64,000 nucleotides of DNA from an uncultured delta proteobacterium. GTDB taxonomy: Bacteria > Myxococcota_A > UBA9160 > SMWR01. This document shows, piece by piece, positions 1-8,451 of the stretch; the stretch's first letter is position 1, and each line of letters opens with the position of its first letter. The notes beneath the pieces are model-generated. The model searched no databases and had not been told where the DNA came from. It saw only the letters and a program-made list of their open reading frames with translations. The position numbers were made by a program, and so were the translations under genes. The stretch is from positions 64,001 to 128,000 of the forward strand of contig CAWHTE010000007.1 in NCBI GenBank assembly GCA_963832165.1, read 5' to 3'.

Positions 1-291
1 CGTGCAGCTGCCTCAATCCGCGAGCGCCTCCACCACCGCATCGCAGTTCACCGCGATCTCCTGGCGCAGATCGGGCGGCGCGGGCTTGGTGAACGTGGGC
101 TTGCGGTAGCGCGCGACCTCCGCGCCGCACGCGCGCAGGCGCTCCTCGAGGCGGTTCAGGAACACGTCGCCGCGCGGCTTCGAGATGTCGAGCAGCCCGA
201 CGCGCCGGCCCGCGAGCGAGCCCAGGCGCGGAAGGCGTTCGCGCTGTGCGGGCGCGCGCTCGTGCGTGGGATCGAGGATTAGGCGGCTCAC
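1..291 (-). CDS. UGSC-family (seleno)protein, 3' end outside window; in-frame TGA at 13-15 read as Sec
   Basis: GTG start (289-291) overlaps the stop of the upstream gene (GTGA). Translation ...VGLLDISKPRGDVFL...YRKPTFTKPAP...DAVVEALAD, then TGA, then GGC AGC TGC ACG = G-S-C-T. This gives the D-U-G-S-C-T signature of the UGSC family. Confidence 0.85.
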
Positions 292-1742
292 GGCCGTATC
301 TCCCGCATCACGGGCGCGCTGCCGACGGCACCGGAGGCCCAGCCGCCGATCATCGCAGAGAAGAGCCCGGCACCGCCACCGCAGTGCACGAGCAGGAGTC
401 CGCCCGGCCGGAACTTCGGCAGCGTCGCGGATGCAACGCTCTCGGGCAGCCCCTCCGCGATGCCGCCCGCGCCGCGCACGAGCTCGGTGCCTGGGATCTG
501 GAGCAGCTCGTGGATGCGCGCGAGCAGGTCGGCCTTGCTCCAGCCCGCCTCGCGGAAGATCCGCGAGTGCTCGGGACCCACCGCGAGCACGCAATCGAAC
601 GCGAGCACGAGCTTGGGATGGTGCAGCGTGCGCAGATTCACCGCGTAGGTGCGCGCGAGCGATTCGGGGTCGCGCGAGAGCTGGTCGACGATGCAACGCG
701 GTCCCTCGCCCGTGAACACCGTCACCGCATCGGTGCCCGGCGCCGCGCCGAAGTCGCTCGCGAGCGGCGTCCACGGCGATCCCTCCTCGTCCTCCGCAAA
801 GCAGAAGCCGAGCTTGCCCGGATTGCCGTGCGTCGCGCGGTCGACCTCGCCGGGCCGCCCGCCGCCGATGTTGCGCACCACGAGCTGGACCGCGCGACCG
901 ATCGTCGCGTTCGCGCGGTTGCCCTGGCCGAACACGTTCTTGCCCGAGTTCATGCCGATCCGGCGTCGGATCGGGCCGTTCACGATCACGACGGGCCCGA
1001 CCGGCATCGTGGTGGCGAGCACACCGTGGATGTTGAACGCGTCGGTGCAGATCGCCTCGACCGCGGCGAGCACCACGGGCAGATACTCGGGCAGGCAGCC
1101 CGCCATCACCGCGTTGATCGCGATCTTCTCGACGCTCGCGGGCGCGAGGTCGGGCGGCACCACCGCGACGATCTCGTCGGGCGCGCGCGTCGTGCCCGCG
1201 AGCATCGCGAGCACGCGGCGCTCGGTGGGCGCCACCACGGGCAGTCCGTCGGTCCAGCCGCGCGCAAAGAACGCCTCGGCCTCGTCCTCGAGCGGTGCGA
1301 GCGCGATGCGGCGCGACGCGAGCTTGTGCGCCTCGAAGCGCACGGCGAGCTCGGGCGCGATGTCGGGATCGACGCTCTTCGAGCCGCAGCCGGGCCGCCA
1401 CTCGGGCAGACCCGCACCGAGGCCCGTGATGCCCGTGAGCTTCTCCCAGTCGCCGCGGTGCCAGCCCACGGCGCGCTCGGCCTCGACGCCGTTCTCGACG
1501 CGCAGCAGTGTCGGCACCGTCTCGATCCGGTGGTGGTAGGAGACCGCGAGAGCCGTGTCGTCTTCGGGAGCGAGACCTTCGGGGAAGTCGAGATCGTCCT
1601 GGGTGTAGACGGTGAGCTTCGTCTTCGCCGCGAGCTCGCGCAGCACGGGCGCCACCGTCACGCACGTGGGGCACTCGCGCTTCACGATCGCGACGAGTCC
1701 GGAGGGCAGCGCGGGAACCCGGGGAGCGGCGATCTCGGACAT
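288..1742 (-). CDS. Thioredoxin-fold (CPTC) N-terminal domain fused to the conserved UGSC-associated domain
   Basis: 484 aa ORF. VKRECPTC motif near the N-terminus, then WTDGLPVVAPT, AVMAGC, GNRANATIGRA and GNPGK motifs typical of the protein encoded beside UGSC genes. Confidence 0.75.
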   Translation of the reverse strand: MSEIAAPRVPALPSGLVAIVKRECPTCVTVAPVLRELAAKTKLTVYTQDDLDFPEGLAPEDDTALAVSYHHRIETVPTLLRVENGVEAERAVGWHRGDWEKLTGITGLGAGLPEWRPGCGSKSVDPDIAPELAVRFEAHKLASRRIALAPLEDEAEAFFARGWTDGLPVVAPTERRVLAMLAGTTRAPDEIVAVVPPDLAPASVEKIAINAVMAGCLPEYLPVVLAAVEAICTDAFNIHGVLATTMPVGPVVIVNGPIRRRIGMNSGKNVFGQGNRANATIGRAVQLVVRNIGGGRPGEVDRATHGNPGKLGFCFAEDEEGSPWTPLASDFGAAPGTDAVTVFTGEGPRCIVDQLSRDPESLARTYAVNLRTLHHPKLVLAFDCVLAVGPEHSRIFREAGWSKADLLARIHELLQIPGTELVRGAGGIAEGLPESVASATLPKFRPGGLLLVHCGGGAGLFSAMIGGWASGAVGSAPVMREIRP

Positions 1743-1784
1743 AGGGACCTCGGGCGAGCGTCCCCAGGATACTCCGGATCGCGA

Positions 1785-2151
1785 TCAATCCGTGCTTCGG
1801 TACACCGCGCCCGAATCGCAGGTAGTCGGCCGCCGTGAGCTGCTTATTCGAAGTCGCGGCGTCGGCGTCGGTATACCACCACTGCCACGACTTCGCGTGC
1901 GTCTCCAGGCTCGGCGTGCTGCCCTCGATGAAGAACTCGTTCGCGTGCAGCTGGGCATCGGCGTGCGGAACGAGGATCCGCACCTCGTATTCGACCTTCT
2001 CCTTCTTTGCGAGCGCTCGCCAGTCCTTCGCCCAGGCCTGGACGTCCGCGATCGTCTTGCCGTCATCCGTCCTGCACTTCGTGTAGTCCATCACTTCGGC
2101 GAACGCATGGAGCGGAAGACAGACCAGGATCAGAGCGATTAGTTTTCGCAT
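1785..2151 (-). CDS. Secreted small protein (NIPSNAP/dimeric alpha-beta barrel-like), frameshift near 1825
   Basis: Signal peptide MRKLIALILVCLPLHAFA. The frame runs to NKQLTAA and continues as TTCDSGAVYRSTD* in the adjacent frame (one extra C). Confidence 0.6.
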
Positions 2152-2364
2152 CGAGCTTCCTCCGTCGAGATCGTTTGAATCCGACGGAATCACATCACAC
2201 GAGGCTGCAGAACGCGAGGCATTGTTGCCTCACGCGTCGCAAATACCCGCTTCTTGCGAGTGGGCGGAAGCCCCCGACTGCCCGTTCGACAAGGAATCTC
2301 CATGCGGAGATCGTGCAAGAGGGAATAAGCTGTGCCTAACATGTAATCGCAGGAGAAACCACCC

Positions 2365-2679
2365 ATGTCCGCAGTTACGATGGTCTCGATCTGGCGGCCG
2401 AGAGACAAGAAACTTCAGGAGTTCGCCACGAGCGTCTCGAAGGCGAAGAAGATCCAGGAGCGCCTCGGAGCCCAAATCCGCGTCTGGCAGACCAACTTCG
2501 GCGGCCAGCCGCTCTCGTTCATCTACACGGCCGAGGTGGGGAGCTGGAAGGCGTTCGGCGAGTTCGGGGAGAAGATGCAGACGGATCCCGAGTGGCAGAA
2601 GTTCTGGAGCGATGCCACTGCGAATCCCAGCGCCGATCTGCTGCAGAACAGCGTGATCAGCGAGGCGCCCGGTCTCTGA
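2365..2679 (+). CDS. Small NIPSNAP-like/dimeric alpha-beta barrel protein
   Basis: 104 aa, AGGAG RBS upstream, typical GC3 codon use, SWKAFGEFGEKMQTDPEWQKFW pattern. Confidence 0.65.
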   Translation: MSAVTMVSIWRPRDKKLQEFATSVSKAKKIQERLGAQIRVWQTNFGGQPLSFIYTAEVGSWKAFGEFGEKMQTDPEWQKFWSDATANPSADLLQNSVISEAPGL

Positions 2680-2721
2680 TCCTGAGCGAGTCCCACATAG
2701 CATCAGGGCGGGTGTCGTGCG

Positions 2722-3753
<1,032 letters not shown>

Positions 3754-3765
3754 GCGGCGCGAACG

Positions 3766-3870
3766 GTAGGGCGGGAAAGCGAGCGAAGCGAGCGCATCCC
3801 GCCGCGTGCCGAAGGCGCGCCGAAGCGATCACGCGGAAGGCGGGATCGCCTTCGGCTCCTTCCGCCCTAC
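3766..3870. repeat. Inverted pair of GTAG-type REP-like palindromes (REPIN-like)
   Basis: GTAGGGCGGGAAAG...ATCCCGCC at 3766-3803 and an inverted copy GGCGGGATCGCCTTCGGCTCCTTCCGCCCTAC at 3839-3870. Confidence 0.7.
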
Positions 3871-4580
3871 CTCTCTCGCAGCCCGGCCTCGACCAGCGGA
3901 TCGACCTCGTTGAAGTTCTGCAGCGACCAGACGCTGCCGCGCGGGCCGATCGGGCGCGCGTGCACCACGGAGTAGGCTGCGAGCTCGCTCTCGAAGCGCA
4001 GCCACTCCCACGGCACGGGTCGCACGTCGAGCAGATGGGCGAGCGCGACCGCGTTGGTGCCGCCGTGCGCGACGACCGCGATCTGCGCGGGTGAACCCGA
4101 GACATCCCACTGGGTGAAGTCGTGCGCCGCGTCGCGGTGGGGGCGCAGGCCGTGTCGCGCGAGCAGGTCCTCGAGCGCCGCGGTGACGCGCGCATGGAAG
4201 TCGCGGAACGTCTCGGCGCCGGGCCAGCCGCTCCAGTGTTCGGCGAGCGGCCGCTGCGATGCCTCGGTGAAATAGCGGTCGACGTCTTCCTGCGAGAGCC
4301 CGTCGACGTTGACGCCGATCTCGGCGAGCCCGGGCAACGTCACGGGCGTGATCCCGGTCGCGCGCGCGAGCGGCTCGGCCGTCTCCTGCGAGCGCTGGTA
4401 GGGGCTCACGTAGATCGCATCGACGCCGGCCGCGGCGATCCGCGCCGCCGCCGCACGCGCCTGGGCGCGGCCGTAGGGCGTGAGGCCGGGGTCGGGCACC
4501 GAGGTGCCCTCAGGCGCCCAGTCGGGCTCGCCGTGGCGGAGCAGCGTCACGCGCGCGAGCTGCTCGCGGCGGCGGCGCAT
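3867..4580 (-). CDS. Histidine phosphatase (phosphoglycerate mutase-like) family protein
   Basis: TLLRHGEP catalytic motif, VSPYQRSQET, AVVAHGG. C-terminal part of the 3867..8450 ORF; start uncertain. Confidence 0.85.
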   Translation of the reverse strand: MRRRREQLARVTLLRHGEPDWAPEGTSVPDPGLTPYGRAQARAAAARIAAAGVDAIYVSPYQRSQETAEPLARATGITPVTLPGLAEIGVNVDGLSQEDVDRYFTEASQRPLAEHWSGWPGAETFRDFHARVTAALEDLLARHGLRPHRDAAHDFTQWDVSGSPAQIAVVAHGGTNAVALAHLLDVRPVPWEWLRFESELAAYSVVHARPIGPRGSVWSLQNFNEVDPLVEAGLRER

Positions 4581-4645
4581 CTCGCGCGCGGCGGCGTCGT
4601 GGGGCCGCGGTCGTTCCTGTCCTTCCAAGATCGCCTCTGCGAACT

Positions 4646-7274
4646 CTACGAATTCAACTGCACGAGGTGTGCTCCCGGCACCGAGCGGAAGCGCTCGGGC
4701 GAGCACGTGAGCACGATCACCTGGCTCGCCTCGCCCGCGGCGCCGAGCAGCGGGCCCAGCGCAGCGAGCCGCTCCGGATCGGTGTGGCCGAGCGCGTCGT
4801 CGAGCCAGAGCGGAACGCCGCCCGCGAGCCGCGCCGCGGCGAGCCGCGTGAGCAGCGCGAGCTGCTCGCGCGCGCCCGCGGAGAGCTGACTCGCGAGCAG
4901 GCTCTTGCCCGCGAGGATCCTCCGCACCGCACAGAGCTCGTCGGAGAGCTCGACCGCGAAATCCGCGCCGTAGAGCGGCCGGCCGAGCTGCGCGATCGCA
5001 TCGGCGAGCGGCGCCGCATAGTGGCTGCGCGCGGCGTCGCGCTCCGCGCGCAACACCTCGAACAGACGCCGCGCCGCATGCGCGCGCCGCTCGAGACCGG
5101 CCAGCTCGCGCTCGGCGCGCGCTCGCGCGCGCTCGGCGCCCTGCCAGCGCTCGAACAACCCCTCGCCGCCGATCACGGCGAGGCGCTCGCCGAGCTTCAG
5201 CAATGCGTCGCGCTGCTCGCGCAGCGTGCGCTCGTAGGACGCGAGCGCTTCGCGCGCGCGCGTCGCACGCTCCTCGAGCTTCTCGGGCTCGCGCTCTGCA
5301 ATGCGCGCCGCGGCGGCGCGCGCGAGCGCCTCGAGCTCGTGCGTCGTATTCGCGCGCGCCTCGCGGCGCCCGTCGAGCTCCTCGTCGGTCGCCTCCTCGC
5401 GCGCGGCGGCGAGCCGGAGCTCGAGATCGGAGCGCGTCTGGCCGGCCAGCTCGAGCCGCTTGCGCGTCTCGCTGCGGTGCTGATCGCAGCGCTGGAAGCG
5501 CAGCGCGGCATCCTCGTGGCGCCGCGCGAGATCCTCGGCGCTCTCCCGCGCGCGCGCGGCGGCCGACTCGGCGCGCTCGAGGTCGAGCTCGGCCGCCTCG
5601 AGCGTTTCGGGCATCGGCGCCTTCGACACGCGCTCGCCCGCGAGCGCGGCCAGGCGCGCCGCGAGCTTCGCGATCCGCCGCGCGAGCGACTCGGGGGTGT
5701 CGCTGCCGAGCGCCTGCGCGAGACGCTGCTCGCTGCGCGCGAGCTCGGCCGAGGCCGCGCGGCGCGCCGCGAACGCAGCGACCGCGCCCGCGTGATCGTC
5801 GACGCCGGCCTCGAGGCAGATCGTGCGCAGGCGCGTCAGCGCCTGCTCGAGCACCTTGCGCCGCTCCGCCACGCCCGCGCCCGCGATCACGGTGATGTCC
5901 GCAACTCCCGGAAGCGAGACGAGCATCGCCTCCGCAACGCGCTGCTCGGTGCGAACGCCCGCGCACAGCTTCACGCGGCGTCCGTCGACGATCACCTCGA
6001 GATCGACCGTGGGGATCACCTGGACGCGCGGGCCCTCGGCCGCGAGCCGCGCCTCCGCGCGCTCCACCGCGACCTGGGCGGCCGCGATCTCCGCCACGCG
6101 CGCCTCGTCGATCGCCGGCCCGGCCAGCACGGCACGCGCGCGCGCGGCCTCGTCGCGCTCGCGCTCGACGCGCATCACGCGCTCGAGCAGGTCGGCCTGC
6201 TCGCGCTGGCCGCGCCGCAGTGCGGCGTCGCGCCGCGCCTGCGCGACGACCTTGGCGCCCGCGTCGCGCGCGCGGCGCGCCTCGAGCATCCGCTCCTCCA
6301 CGTGGCGCAGCCCGGCCGCCGCCGCGATGTGCGCGGGCTCCTCGCTCTCGAGCACCTCGGCGAGGCTCTCCATCTCCGCGTGCGCGCCCGCGTGCGCAGA
6401 GACGAGCTGTCCGCGCTGGCGCGCGAGCGACACCGCCACCGCCTCCTCGGCACGCGCGGCGTCGAGCCGCGTCGTCAGCGCGCTCCCACTCGCGCCGCAT
6501 CCCCGCGAGCGCCTCGAGCTCCGCCTCGAATACGCGCAGCGCGCTGCGCTCGCTGGCGATCTGCTGCTCGAGCTCCGCGACGCGCACGCGCAGCGCAGCC
6601 TCGGAGTCGGCATCGCGCTCGAGCGCGTCGAGCCGGCTCTTCTGATGCTGCGCTTCAGCCTGTGCGACCGAGAGCGCCTGCTGCGCCGCGGAGAGACCGC
6701 GCCGCGCGCGACCGGTCGCGGTGAAGTGCTCTTCGAAGGCCACGCGCGCGCGCTCGAACAGGCTCTCCTCGCGCTCGCCACCCGCGCCCACGCCCGCGGC
6801 GCGGTCGAGCGCCGCGGCCAGGCTCGCCGATCCGCCGAGCGCGGGCGCATCGAGCGGCGATCCCTGGAGGATCCGCAGCGCGCGCCACAGCGCGCCGTCG
6901 AGGTGCGTGTCGAGCAGCGCGCGCACGCGCTCGTGCGCCTCGCGGCCGGTCGCGTGCTCGACGCGCGGCGCTCGGATCCACAGGCGCGTCTCGCTCTTGC
7001 GGTGGAAGCGCTTGGCGTAGGTGAACGCGAGCGGGCCCAGCTCGATGTCCGCCTCCACCTCGCTGCCCTCGTCGCGGTCCACGGGCTGGATCTCGCGCAC
7101 GCGCTGCTTCGCGGTGTCGTCGCGCTCGTCGAACAAGAGCTCGACCGCCTCGGCGAGGCTCGACTTGCCCACCTCGTTCGGGCCCGCGACGATCGTGACG
7201 CCGGTCGGCGCGAACGCGACCTCGCGCTCCGCAACGCCGCGGTAGTGGCTCAGACGCAGCCGCAGGATCTTCAT
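4646..7274 (-). CDS. SMC/Rad50-like (SbcC/YhaN-like) AAA ATPase, frameshift near 6482
   Basis: MKILRLRLSHYRGV start overlaps the upstream stop. Walker A GPNEVGKSS, long coiled coil, signature LSAGAREQ and Walker B LWLDDALG in the next frame. Confidence 0.85.
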
Positions 7275-8407
7275 CGCGCGCCCTCGGGCGCGCCCGCGAG
7301 ACGGACGAGCAGCGCGAGCGCGTCGCGTGCGACGGCCGCATCGGCTGCGGTGCCGCGCGCCTCCTCGGCGAGCCGCGCGACCGCGCGCGCGGCAAAGCCC
7401 GCGAGCGCGAGGTCCGAGAGGTCGCCGTCGTGCGCGGCGATCCGGAGCTCCGCGCTGCGCACGTCGATCCCCGCGAACAGGTCGCGCGCGCGCTCGAGCA
7501 GCGCTTCGAGGCGCGCCCCCTGGCGCAGATCGAGCGAGCCGCGCAGCTCGAGGCGCAGCGCGGTCCGCTCCTTCGCGTCGAAGTCCGCGAGCCGGTCGAC
7601 GAGCGCGTCGAGGTCGTCCGCGCGCGCGAGCTCGATCGGCTCGGTGCGCGCGAAGCGCCAGGTGCCCACGTGGTGAGGCTCCACGCGCACCCCGTCGCGG
7701 TCGAGCTCCACCACGAGCGCATAGCCGGGCTCGCGCTCGTCGAAGTCGGTCGGTTCGGGCGCGCCCGCGTACCAGATCCGGCCCGAGGCGCCGACGCGCG
7801 TCTTCGAGTGGCGATCGCCGAGCGCCGCGAAGTGGATCCGGTCCTGCGCGAGCGCCTGCTCGATCGGCGCGAGCGGCAGGAGCGACGCGTCGCGGCGGTC
7901 GGGCGTGAGCGCGTCGACACCGCCGTGCGCAGCGAGGATCCGCAGCGGTCCGGCCGGGCCGAGCGCCGCGAGCGCAGCGAGCGCGGGGTTCTGCGCGGGA
8001 CGCCGGCTCGGCCACGGCGCGCCGACCAGTTCCACGCCCGGCGCCACGGATCGCGGCCGCGCGTCGTCGAGGAGATGCACGTGTCCGGGTGCGGCATCGC
8101 GGAACGCGGCCGAGCGATACAGCGAGGCTGCATCGAGCGGGTCGTGATTGCCCGGCAGCAGATAGACCGGCATCGCGAACGCCGCGATCGCGTCGAGTGC
8201 GCGCGCAAGCGTACGGCGATCGACCTGGCTCGACTCGAACACGTCTCCGCACACGAGCGCGAAGTCGCAGCGCTGAGCGCGCGCGAGCTCGTCGAGCCGG
8301 CGAACGACCGCGAGCCGCGCTTCGGCGAAACGAGCCTGCGCTTCGTCGCCGAGCACGCTCCGCGTCATCCCGAGCTGCCAATCGCCCGAGTGAAGGAAGC
8401 GGATCAC
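7271..8407 (-). CDS. Mre11/SbcD-like metallophosphoesterase nuclease
   Basis: Motifs HSGDWQLG, GDVFE, GNHD, AHG, ALGDRH. Confidence 0.9.
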   Translation of the reverse strand: MIRFLHSGDWQLGMTRSVLGDEAQARFAEARLAVVRRLDELARAQRCDFALVCGDVFESSQVDRRTLARALDAIAAFAMPVYLLPGNHDPLDAASLYRSAAFRDAAPGHVHLLDDARPRSVAPGVELVGAPWPSRRPAQNPALAALAALGPAGPLRILAAHGGVDALTPDRRDASLLPLAPIEQALAQDRIHFAALGDRHSKTRVGASGRIWYAGAPEPTDFDEREPGYALVVELDRDGVRVEPHHVGTWRFARTEPIELARADDLDALVDRLADFDAKERTALRLELRGSLDLRQGARLEALLERARDLFAGIDVRSAELRIAAHDGDLSDLALAGFAARAVARLAEEARGTAADAAVARDALALLVRLAGAPEGAR

Positions 8408-8451
8408 CCCTCTCCGTCCCCCCGAGCTCCTTGCGGAGCTCGAACGGCAAT

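Noticed and set aside
13..2193. 726-aa ORF as a single protein
   Set aside because: It is a chimera: a frameshifted secreted protein runs through an Arg-rich off-frame of the 288..1742 gene into the UGSC gene.
3867..8450. 1527-aa ORF as an SMC-phosphatase fusion
   Set aside because: Artefact of the indel near 6482. The ATPase C-terminus lies in another frame and ends at 4646.
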